DNA from: a virus
Length of the DNA stretch: 64,000 nt
Strand: one strand, 5' to 3'
Virus record (IMG/VR): IMGVR_UViG_3300032053_000049
Span: 1 to 64,000 of that record
Position 1 is the first letter of the stretch. Each line of letters opens with the position of its first letter. The notes under the pieces are model-generated. The model did no database searches, was not told the origin of the DNA, and saw only the letters and a program-made list of their open reading frames with translations. Positions 9,562 through 18,798 of this stretch are shown here, piece by piece. Made by a program: the position numbers and the translations under genes.

Positions 9562-12500
9562 TTATTCATCTATTAGAATTTCTGGATCCATAATAGACTT
9601 GTTTCCATTGGTTTCCTTAATTAAATTTTTCTTTTCACTTCCCTTTTTTGACAGATAAGCATCTAGACTTTTGATTACATTTCCTTTTTTCATTGTAGCC
9701 ACTCTTTTTTTATTCTCTTCCTTTTTCTTAGCCTCATCTATTGATAATGGAGATTTTTTAGAAAATTTATGAGTTATAGCACTACCAGGACGAGGTTTAC
9801 TATTATTTTCTATATTTCCTAGAGGATCTTCTCCAAACGGATAATCTGCTCTAGCATCTTTTTCTCCACTTTGATCACGGTTTCTTTTATATTCTTCTGA
9901 GTGATCATCATTACTTTCCTCTACAGGATTTTCTATTACAACTTCTTTATCTTCATTTTTTTCAGTTTCCATAATTGGTGGGCCGCCTAGTCCTCCTAAT
10001 TCTCCACCAGGACCACCCAATTCAGATCCACCGATTCCCCCACCGCCGACCAAACCTCCACCTCCACCTAGACCTCCACCTCCTAAACCTAAATCTCCTC
10101 CACCACCCATACCCGGTTGAGCGTTAGGATTTGGATTGATCTTCTTGAACGGTTGAGCAGGATCATTACCTTCTTCCTCAATAGAACGAAAACGGTAAAG
10201 TTGCTTAGAATCATCCACAATTTCATCTCTAAGACCTTCAACATCGTCTTCTGATAAATTAAATACATTTTTATATACCCATTCCTTCGGAAAGAGTTTG
10301 ATTTCCATCATACGAGAAGCAACCTCAACTTTATTACTCCAAACCTCAATCTTCTCTTTTTCAAAGATGGTCGATGGATTAGTAAGTTCTAGTTTAAAAT
10401 TAACCAATGATTCATCCCTATATCCTTGGGCATATAAATGAACTATAGCAATTTTTTCTAATTCAGAAATGAGGATTCTTTGAACACGTTGAATTGTACG
10501 AGCAAAGCGAACGTCTTCTGAATTATGTATTATAACTCCTGCCGAAGTAGCAAAATTATGATAATTTTTAATAGTTATATCACAAGTATCTCTTTTTTCA
10601 GATAACCGTTCAATTTTTATTACTTTATGATTTTTTACATATTTTTTAGAAAAATCTCTTATAGAGTTATAACCGTTTTCATAAATCAATTTATGTATAT
10701 ATGCTTTTCCACATTCCAGAGATTTGGATACTAATTTTGTATTATATCCATTTTCAGTAGAAAATTGAACTAAATCAATAAATGTTGGTAATGGGTTATT
10801 AAATCCTTTAGATTTCCTAAATGCTTCCACCATTAATGAAGATTTTTTATATTTTTTATTATTTTCTCTCAATAATTCTTTTCTATTACCACTATCTTTT
10901 TTCCATTTATTTTTACACATTTCAGACCATTCTATAGAATTAAACTTATATTGAGCAAGATTTTTCTTTAACCGCTCTTTTTCCTCTGGATTATTATTTA
11001 TATAATTTATTCTTTCTAAAGATTTTTTCTTTCTAAACTCATCAGATTTTTTGTAAGCAATAGCTTCTGGAGAACAAAAAGTTTCATATGTATGATCTTT
11101 GTGAATATTTCTATGCTCAAGAAAAGTTAATCTTTTAAGATTTGGTGGGGAATTATCACTTCGCGAAAAATTATCATGGTGTACAATTACTAAATCATTT
11201 CTATTAAACTTAGTTTTATTTTTAATATGTGGTTGAATAAGTTTTCCATTAATATGATCATCAATACGTTTATGAGTCCATTCCCATTTTTCCGTAGCAG
11301 GATTATAAATCTGTTCATAATCTGATTTTCCATACATTAATTTATTTCTCTTATATAATGGCATCAAAGATTGTCCTTCGGTAAGATCTTTCGCTTCAAT
11401 CCATTTTCCATCTCTAGTCATAAAATTATGATCAGGAGTACAATCAATATATTCATTGTTATCAAGATGAACTCTAATAATATCAGTATTCATTCTTGTA
11501 TAACCAGCCCATTCTATTTCTCCCGGAACAATATTTTTTGTGGTTTCATCTATAGAATATACATAATTTTTAATACCAATTTCATAATCTTTAATTAATT
11601 CTTCAACAGTCTTGGTTATTCCACTTAATAAAGGTATTTTTGTTTCAGGAACAATGCATGCAAGCGTGGCTTTTCCACTTAGCTCAGATTCGTACCCTAA
11701 AAAGGCCTTTGGTATCTTTAAAGCAGCCATCATTTTATTACGAATGTATTCTACATCATCAATACCAGTCCATTCAATACCACTTAATGTTTCAATTGAT
11801 GTTCCACTATCAGTACCACGAACTGGCAAATAAAAATCCTCAACCATATTTTGTAAATTAAATCGAAGATTATAATCACCTGTATTTTGATCTACATAAG
11901 GAACTTTTTTAGTTTTAGAAATCATTTTTTCCATAAATGAATCAACATCTTGTGGAGGAATATTACCAATATCAATTTTGAAAATACGTCTTTCAGGAGC
12001 ACGCATAATACGATTTATAAGCATCGCGTCTTCCAAAAGTGAATTATGTACAACCACGCCATTAGCAATAAAATTATGGTTATCTGATTCTACCATTATA
12101 TCATAAACTGAAGAATTTTCTTCATAAGTTTCAATTGATAAAATTCTCTCAAAATCTAAATCATATTCTTGATTAAAATTAATATATAATTTATATGTAG
12201 GGAATCTATGAATACCCAGTTCATCAATAGTTTCTTCTGGTTTATAACATTTTACTTCATTACACATTATTCCCGATTGTTGACATAAATGTTTTAATTG
12301 AGTAATCATTTCTTTATTAGATAAACCTATTACCGACCATTTCCAAGAACCATCAGCATCAAATAATCCCTTTATAAATTCTTTCTTATTTTGTTTAGAT
12401 AAATTAAATACCCATTCTGGAATTCTCTTATTTCTAAATCCTGTTAAATAACCAGCGGTTTCCATTATGTATTTTAATTCTTTACTATAAGTTAAAGTAC

Positions 12501-15500
12501 ATCCTGGATGCGTATCATTATTTTTTGGATATGTTACGCAAATAGAATCTGAGTATTTTTTAATAATAGAAGTATATTTTTCATTTATTTCGCTATAAAT
12601 ACCATTAGCAAATCCAAGTCCATTTTTAGTTGTCCAACCATCACCCAACATAAAACCAAAAAATCTTATAAAATTTTCATCTAATGTAAATGTAAAATCT
12701 TTATTAACGAAAGAAGGATTTTTGGAATTTTTGATATGTAAAAAATACATTTCGTTGGTTATCTTAAATTCCTTTTGAACATCAACAAAAATATTAAATG
12801 GTAATGATTTATCACCCATTAAAAAAGCATGTACTTGTTTATAAGGATGATTTTTTATAGTAGATTTAATTCGGTTAATAATACCAACTTTATTATAATT
12901 TTTAATATACTCAATTCCAATATTATTAAGTTTAGCATAATACAATTTTGGATTTAATTTGATAGTATAATCTTTATTATCTGATTCTATTGTCGGTAAA
13001 ACCAAACAATCCCCATTCTTTTTATTTACAATTAAATCTTTAGCTTTTTTATACAAATAATTTCCATCACTATTTTTTACTAAAACATCATGGGTTTCAG
13101 TTAAATGTAAAACTCTATGTTTGGTTTTAACTTCCAATGTTTTTTTATTTCCAGTTTTTACACAATTTATAACCTTTGTTGGTTCAACCACGCATTTTTC
13201 GTAATTATAAGAATATACAACTGTATTCGGTTTAATATCTTTTATTTTTTGATATCCAATATTTGTCCATATTTCCGAATTTTGATGTAAACAAAGTTGC
13301 TTCCATACCCTACGGCCGCCCTCGATCATTGAATTGTGAACTATTATACCATTTGCAATGAAATTAGAATTTAACGATTCTACTTGAATATCATATGTTT
13401 CTTTTTCTCCTCTATCTTCTATTTTTCTAACAGGTTCTAAAAATATATTTTTATTATCAATAAAATTATACTTTTCCATTTGTTGCTTTTCATCCGCATC
13501 AAAATAATAATTAAAAGAATATTCTCCGTGCTTATTACATTTTATTCCACGAATTTCTACCTCTTCTATTTTATCATTTTCTTTTGGATTTGATGATTTT
13601 ATATTATTTAACTGAACTAATTTCTTAAAATCATAAATTAAATCTTTGTTACATAACATTATAGAATAACATTTTGCCCATTCATCTTCATGTGTCCAGC
13701 CATCAGCATTTCCCAACCCAATTATAAAAGCGTTTTGAATTTCATTATTTGATTCAAATACCCACGAAGGAATTCTTTTTTCTTTAGCATTATCACCAAA
13801 TCCCATATTTTTTAATATTTTATATAATCTTTTAGAATATAAAATAGCGGTTCTAGACTTGCCGCCATGAAATGTGATATTAGCTTTTTTTCCAGCATAT
13901 TTTTCTAATATTGACAAATATCTTTTATTCTGTTCTTCATCGACACCAAGAGAAAAACATACTCTATAATTTGCAGATATACCATTTTTATTAGGATAAT
14001 ATTTAGCCCAACCATCACCTACCATAAATCCAAAAAATTCAGCAAATTCATTATCTATCACATCTGGAATTTCATCCTTTTCTGGAACAAAAATAGGACA
14101 AGTAATTTGTTTATTATCTAATATATTTTTATCAATTAAAATGGTTTCTTTTGATTTTTTATTTTTATTAGAATTTATTACTAATAAATCACCGATTTTA
14201 ATATTCTCTGCAATTTTATATTCTAAATTTTTATTTTCGGTATTAAAAACTAAAAATCTATGATTTTTACTGGAATCCACAAAATTGTGTTGAGTAGATA
14301 TTCTAATGATTTCTTTTGTTCCAGAACAAATTTTATTTACAACCTTAGTTAATTCAAAATTTTTAGTTTTTGTATTAAAAGACCACACGAATTCTCCTAT
14401 ATCTAAATCCTTTATATATTTCGAACCAAACTCTGTATCAATATGTGTAGTAGATACTAAACACTTCCCATAGGGTAAGAAATTGCTGTCGCTCAGCAAT
14501 CTAAAATGAGCACACTCAAAGGATTCAAGAGTTTCTACTTGTGAAGTATCGGTAGGACGAATTTGAAATTTTACGTAATTTTTATTAAGAGGATCTGTAT
14601 TTTCGAGACGTTCAACATTATAAGCAGAGATTGGTTCTATTTGATAAACACCATATTCTGGTGAAATATACAATCTCATAAAAAAATCACCATATTTACA
14701 TGTATTTCTAGTCCATGACCAAAGATTATGTTCAATATTTAATACGTCATAAAAAAGATTAGTTAAAATACCTTTAATATTATCATCTTCAGCATTAACC
14801 ACTAATACTTTACCCATTTCGTTAATCGTGAGACAATTATGGGTAAAAAGTTTAGAACCATCTTGAGTTTCTATAGCATAAAGATGAGTAGAATTTCCAA
14901 CATTTACTAAATCATAAGCATTATACTCCCCATCTTCTTGAATTGATACTACACGATGATTATTTGAATTAATTAAATCTTTTATTCCTTTATATCCTTT
15001 AGATCTTATATACCACCAAAGTTGTTTATTTGTTAAATTATATTTACTAGATACTATTGATAAATTTCTTAAAATATTATTTCCACATTTAAGTTCTTCT
15101 AAAGCTAAGTTTTTAATATCAATAATAGGAATAGTTATACTATTTTCAAAAACATTTTTTAATTGATATATTCTATAAATATTATATTTTTTACATATTT
15201 GATTATTTATATCATTTCTATCTTTTCTACTAATATTATATTTTTTCCCTAAATCGACCGATTTTAATCCATTTATAATATCATTTTCATATTCATTGAT
15301 ATTTATTTTGTTTATTGAATTGAAATTCTTCCATCTACCATTTTTATTCCCAGAAAGTTTTTCTCCATACCCAAACATTCCATTTTTTAATCCATTTAAA
15401 CCATACATTTCTTTTCGTTCTAATTCTGTCATATTAGATATGAAGTTATTCATAAACGCTTTTTGTCTAACAGATACAAATTTTCGTTTTTCTTCTGTCC

Positions 15501-16455
15501 AATATTTACGATGTCCTTCTCTCGTTTTTTCTTTATATTCATGAGTTCTAGAATCATCTGCCCATAATTCTTTATTAAATTGAGAATGAACTAATCTATG
15601 CTCTTTATAAGTCATCCACTGTAATACAGATGGATCATTATTTTTTTTGTTAAATGAAGAATGGTGAATAACTTTGTCTTCAGATAATATTTTATTTCTA
15701 CATTCAATTAGTTCTGGAATATAATTAGCCACAATTCTATGAGTATATTTCCATTTTCCATTTTCTAATAACATTTCATACCCATTCATAAACTTATTTG
15801 TAGAAAGAGTAGTTCTAAACACTTTTAAAGAAGTTCCGTGTTCTAATTTATCGGTAGTTATAATTGTTCCATCTGATTTTACCCATTGATGATTAGCCGT
15901 ACATTTTATTTCGGTTCCGTCATCTAATAAAACTTTTAACATTTTCTTTTTTCCATTTAATGCTACTTTTTCACATTTAGAAGGAATAAATCTTCCATTT
16001 TCATCAATAGAATACACCCAAAAATCTTTTCGGTTCTGTAAATAAAGATCTGAAATTTTTATTTTTTCTCCGTTTAATAGTGGGATAATGGTGTCTCCAT
16101 GAACACACTCATCTGAATAAATATCCAATGCACTAGCGATGATGGGATCAAGGTCCATTGTGTCGTAATCTCTAAACAAATCAATTCTCGCAGCTTGATA
16201 GGCTAGTGAAAAGTCTCTGGTATAAGCATTATAAGAAGTTGAACGGACACGATTAAAACGATCACGAAGACTGTTTCTGTCTGTCGCATACATTAAATCA
16301 CTGGTGTCTTTAACTTTTAATTTTTTTCCACCAACATTTCTAACTACTACGCCTGCAGAAAACAACTTTTTTAGACGAGCGAATAAAGATTTTTGTTTTA
16401 CATCGATTTCGTCGCCATTTATTCCTGAGCTTGGTCTGATAATGTCGTTATTCAT
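9562..16455 (-). CDS. portal protein (T4 gp20-like) with four inteins; about 700 aa after splicing
   Basis: Exteins DYDTMDLDPIIASALDIYSDE, CKYGDFF, FLPYGK/SMIEGGRRVWKQL/SLLEDAMLINRIMRAPERRIFKIDIGN, EDFYLPVRG, ALKIPKAFL, EDVRFARTIQRVQ. Confidence 0.95.
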   Translation of the reverse strand: MNNDIIRPSSGINGDEIDVKQKSLFARLKKLFSAGVVVRNVGGKKLKVKDTSDLMYATDRNSLRDRFNRVRSTSYNAYTRDFSLAYQAARIDLFRDYDTMDLDPIIASALDIYSDECVHGDTIIPLLNGEKIKISDLYLQNRKDFWVYSIDENGRFIPSKCEKVALNGKKKMLKVLLDDGTEIKCTANHQWVKSDGTIITTDKLEHGTSLKVFRTTLSTNKFMNGYEMLLENGKWKYTHRIVANYIPELIECRNKILSEDKVIHHSSFNKKNNDPSVLQWMTYKEHRLVHSQFNKELWADDSRTHEYKEKTREGHRKYWTEEKRKFVSVRQKAFMNNFISNMTELERKEMYGLNGLKNGMFGYGEKLSGNKNGRWKNFNSINKININEYENDIINGLKSVDLGKKYNISRKDRNDINNQICKKYNIYRIYQLKNVFENSITIPIIDIKNLALEELKCGNNILRNLSIVSSKYNLTNKQLWWYIRSKGYKGIKDLINSNNHRVVSIQEDGEYNAYDLVNVGNSTHLYAIETQDGSKLFTHNCLTINEMGKVLVVNAEDDNIKGILTNLFYDVLNIEHNLWSWTRNTCKYGDFFMRLYISPEYGVYQIEPISAYNVERLENTDPLNKNYVKFQIRPTDTSQVETLESFECAHFRLLSDSNFLPYGKCLVSTTHIDTEFGSKYIKDLDIGEFVWSFNTKTKNFELTKVVNKICSGTKEIIRISTQHNFVDSSKNHRFLVFNTENKNLEYKIAENIKIGDLLVINSNKNKKSKETILIDKNILDNKQITCPIFVPEKDEIPDVIDNEFAEFFGFMVGDGWAKYYPNKNGISANYRVCFSLGVDEEQNKRYLSILEKYAGKKANITFHGGKSRTAILYSKRLYKILKNMGFGDNAKEKRIPSWVFESNNEIQNAFIIGLGNADGWTHEDEWAKCYSIMLCNKDLIYDFKKLVQLNNIKSSNPKENDKIEEVEIRGIKCNKHGEYSFNYYFDADEKQQMEKYNFIDNKNIFLEPVRKIEDRGEKETYDIQVESLNSNFIANGIIVHNSMIEGGRRVWKQLCLHQNSEIWTNIGYQKIKDIKPNTVVYSYNYEKCVVEPTKVINCVKTGNKKTLEVKTKHRVLHLTETHDVLVKNSDGNYLYKKAKDLIVNKKNGDCLVLPTIESDNKDYTIKLNPKLYYAKLNNIGIEYIKNYNKVGIINRIKSTIKNHPYKQVHAFLMGDKSLPFNIFVDVQKEFKITNEMYFLHIKNSKNPSFVNKDFTFTLDENFIRFFGFMLGDGWTTKNGLGFANGIYSEINEKYTSIIKKYSDSICVTYPKNNDTHPGCTLTYSKELKYIMETAGYLTGFRNKRIPEWVFNLSKQNKKEFIKGLFDADGSWKWSVIGLSNKEMITQLKHLCQQSGIMCNEVKCYKPEETIDELGIHRFPTYKLYINFNQEYDLDFERILSIETYEENSSVYDIMVESDNHNFIANGVVVHNSLLEDAMLINRIMRAPERRIFKIDIGNIPPQDVDSFMEKMISKTKKVPYVDQNTGDYNLRFNLQNMVEDFYLPVRGTDSGTSIETLSGIEWTGIDDVEYIRNKMMAALKIPKAFLGYESELSGKATLACIVPETKIPLLSGITKTVEELIKDYEIGIKNYVYSIDETTKNIVPGEIEWAGYTRMNTDIIRVHLDNNEYIDCTPDHNFMTRDGKWIEAKDLTEGQSLMPLYKRNKLMYGKSDYEQIYNPATEKWEWTHKRIDDHINGKLIQPHIKNKTKFNRNDLVIVHHDNFSRSDNSPPNLKRLTFLEHRNIHKDHTYETFCSPEAIAYKKSDEFRKKKSLERINYINNNPEEKERLKKNLAQYKFNSIEWSEMCKNKWKKDSGNRKELLRENNKKYKKSSLMVEAFRKSKGFNNPLPTFIDLVQFSTENGYNTKLVSKSLECGKAYIHKLIYENGYNSIRDFSKKYVKNHKVIKIERLSEKRDTCDITIKNYHNFATSAGVIIHNSEDVRFARTIQRVQRILISELEKIAIVHLYAQGYRDESLVNFKLELTNPSTIFEKEKIEVWSNKVEVASRMMEIKLFPKEWVYKNVFNLSEDDVEGLRDEIVDDSKQLYRFRSIEEEGNDPAQPFKKINPNPNAQPGMGGGGDLGLGGGGLGGGGGLVGGGGIGGSELGGPGGELGGLGGPPIMETEKNEDKEVVIENPVEESNDDHSEEYKRNRDQSGEKDARADYPFGEDPLGNIENNSKPRPGSAITHKFSKKSPLSIDEAKKKEENKKRVATMKKGNVIKSLDAYLSKKGSEKKNLIKETNGNKSIMDPEILIDE
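10522..11658 (-). mobile_element. portal intein 4 (379 aa) with HNH endonuclease
   Basis: KATLA/CIVPET...CTPDHNF...EWTHKR...IVHHDNFSRSDNSPPNL...TCDITI...IIHN/S. Confidence 0.92.
12043..13293 (-). mobile_element. portal intein 3 (417 aa) with LAGLIDADG endonuclease
   Basis: WKQL/CLHQNS...LTETHDV...FFGFMLGDG...FIKGLFDADG...VYDIMV...VVHN/S. Confidence 0.93.
13333..14463 (-). mobile_element. portal intein 2 (377 aa) with LAGLIDADG endonuclease
   Basis: PYGK/CLVSTT...SSKNHRF...FFGFMVGDG...FIIGLGNADG...TYDIQV...IVHN/S. Confidence 0.93.
14836..16107 (-). mobile_element. portal intein 1 (424 aa) with HNH endonuclease
   Basis: SDE/CVHGDT...CTANHQW...YTHRIV...VIHHSSFNKKNN...AYDLVNV...FTHN/C. Confidence 0.92.
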
Positions 16456-16482
16456 AATAATAAGTATATGTAGAGATGTGGT

Positions 16483-18117
16483 TTATTTAAGTAACCACAC
16501 TAATGATTCAACATCTCCAGGTCTTCCACCAGTTTTCATAGTCCATTGAGCCTGTCCTGATGTCATAGATGCAGCAGTATATATTGGTGTGTTAGTATTA
16601 TCTGATTTCTTAACACTAATGTTATCTATCATATTTCTTGTAAGAATGATACCCTCCTGTCTTAATCTTATAGCTGTATCTCGTACCCACAATCCCAAAC
16701 TCAAAGCTATAGTTAAATCATCATTACAGTTCTTAGATGCTTGAGCTTTTCCATTATCCCAAACAAATGTTTTAAGTTCATTAATTGTCCTAACCGAATG
16801 AATATCTACTACTCTTTCACGAAAATATGCTTCTAATTTTGAAATAAGAAGAGGTCTTGTGCTAAGAGTTGTAGTAAATCCGGGTTTTAATTTCTTTTCT
16901 TCAGCATAATATCTACTAGTAATCCGCCGTTGAACTTCTACTACTTTAAGATCCAAACTACTATAAAAAGTATTTTTATATTCTCTATCTATAATACGTT
17001 GTAATACAGCAGGTCCCAAACCATTATATTCTACAATAAGAAGAGCATCATTATATTCTGTAGATAAATTAACCAAAACATCACCAAATTCCTTTGGTGT
17101 TATTTGTTGATGAAACTCAGCAACTTGTTCTAAAGTTTCTAGATTTAATACGTGAGCAGCAGAATAATCAGATCCGTCACCACGAGCTGGATCTGCGGAA
17201 ATTATGTAGCTTTTTTCTTCTTTTGGTAATTCCCATATCCATAAAAAGTTAGAATATCTTAATTCTATGGGATCTTTAATTCCCATTTCAGGTCGATTTG
17301 GTATATTTCTTTCTTCATATTCACGAAGAGTAAGTAAATCAATTACACTTGTACCGGAAGTCAAGAAATCTGTGTCGCATTCTTGGGCAGCTTGTCTAGC
17401 ACCCATATTTTTTGTTTGTAAATCTCTCCATTTTTTATCTCGTTTTGGGTGAAGATTCCAAGGCAATCGAAGTATTTTAAAATCGTTTTTACCTTTTTCA
17501 GCATCAACCCACATCTTATGGAACCAATTTCCAACTCCAGAAGGAGTTGAAAGAACGATAGCAGATCCGCCGGTAGATAATGTGTTAAAAGATGAAGTCC
17601 AAATTTCATCAGCACAGTCAATAAAAGCAGCTTCATCAAGAACCAATAAACTAACAGCTTTAGAACGTCCGGCGTCTGTTGAAGATGAAGTAGCTTGAAT
17701 TTGTGAACCGTTTTTAAGACGTAAAGATAAACGATTATCTTCTGTAGCTATTACCTTTAACCACGAGGGAAGATGATCATTAGCAAATCTAACTTTAGTA
17801 ATAATTTCTTTTGAAACTTCTTGTTTAATAGAAATAATAAGAATACTTTTATCACTATTGAATATCATTTGCCAAAGAGAATAAGCAGCAACTAACGTAG
17901 TGATACCCATCTGTCTTGATTTAAGAATGAGAAGAAATCTATCTTCGTGATATCGTTTTAATGTATCTTCCTGAAAAGGATAAAGATCAAATGGAACAGT
18001 ACCTCCTTCATTTGGATTTTGAATCTTAACATATTTTCTTATAAAGTATATGGGATCTACCATACACTTTTTAGTTTCTTCGAAAATATATTTTCTTAAA
18101 TCTTTTTCATTTCCCAT
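16483..18117 (-). CDS. terminase large subunit (T4 gp17-like)
   Basis: LYPFQ, Walker A KSRQMGITT, Walker B LLVLDEAAF, LSTPSG, nuclease motifs ISADPARGDGSDYSA and NDDL. Confidence 0.96.
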   Translation of the reverse strand: MGNEKDLRKYIFEETKKCMVDPIYFIRKYVKIQNPNEGGTVPFDLYPFQEDTLKRYHEDRFLLILKSRQMGITTLVAAYSLWQMIFNSDKSILIISIKQEVSKEIITKVRFANDHLPSWLKVIATEDNRLSLRLKNGSQIQATSSSTDAGRSKAVSLLVLDEAAFIDCADEIWTSSFNTLSTGGSAIVLSTPSGVGNWFHKMWVDAEKGKNDFKILRLPWNLHPKRDKKWRDLQTKNMGARQAAQECDTDFLTSGTSVIDLLTLREYEERNIPNRPEMGIKDPIELRYSNFLWIWELPKEEKSYIISADPARGDGSDYSAAHVLNLETLEQVAEFHQQITPKEFGDVLVNLSTEYNDALLIVEYNGLGPAVLQRIIDREYKNTFYSSLDLKVVEVQRRITSRYYAEEKKLKPGFTTTLSTRPLLISKLEAYFRERVVDIHSVRTINELKTFVWDNGKAQASKNCNDDLTIALSLGLWVRDTAIRLRQEGIILTRNMIDNISVKKSDNTNTPIYTAASMTSGQAQWTMKTGGRPGDVESLVWLLK

Positions 18118-18706
18118 ATTTAGTCGTAACCTCTTTTTCTAATTCCTCAATTAATTTATTAACTTTTTCTAAATCTAATTCGGCTTCTTTAAGTAACTTT
18201 TTATTTTGAGAACCCGTCCATGTAGTAATATCTCCATTAGCGTGAACCATCTCAATTTTTGAATTGTCTTTTTTTAAATAATCAATGGTTTCTATGACAT
18301 TTTTTCTAAATTCTTTTGCTACAGAAAGTTTATTTTTAAGCATTTTTTCTTCTGTATAATTTTTAAATGTTCCATCAAATACCATTCTTGTTTCTTCTGC
18401 TTGAACACAATCACAACACATACCGGTTTTAGAGAAAAATTTTTCATCGAGTCTATTTCCTAACATACCAACATTAAATCCACATACAGAACACTTTCTT
18501 TTGGTAAATTCTCTTATTAAATTAGCCTGTTCATTTATTCTTATTTTGACCCCATTTTCCATTTTCCATTTAATATTATTTATATCTGTCCAAGAAGTTC
18601 CTTCTTTATGTCGAATTTTTGGTCCTTCATAACCAATCTGTACAAATGCATTATCTCCATCAACTATACGTTTAATAATTTCTATATTATATTTTCTTCG
18701 AGCCAT
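18107..18706 (-). CDS. hypothetical protein with Zn-finger-like Cys pairs and coiled coil
   Basis: CSVC...CCDC; 199 aa; overlaps the terminase start. Confidence 0.7.
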   Translation of the reverse strand: MARRKYNIEIIKRIVDGDNAFVQIGYEGPKIRHKEGTSWTDINNIKWKMENGVKIRINEQANLIREFTKRKCSVCGFNVGMLGNRLDEKFFSKTGMCCDCVQAEETRMVFDGTFKNYTEEKMLKNKLSVAKEFRKNVIETIDYLKKDNSKIEMVHANGDITTWTGSQNKKLLKEAELDLEKVNKLIEELEKEVTTKYGK

Positions 18707-18798
18707 AACTTTAATTTTCCTTTCTCAAACAAATTTTTTATACTCCATCATCCATATAATTTATATATTGTTGTACATATTGTTACAATAATTATAGT

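Noticed and set aside
16483-18117. Intein in terminase
   Set aside because: Normal length and no Hint/HN-C motifs.
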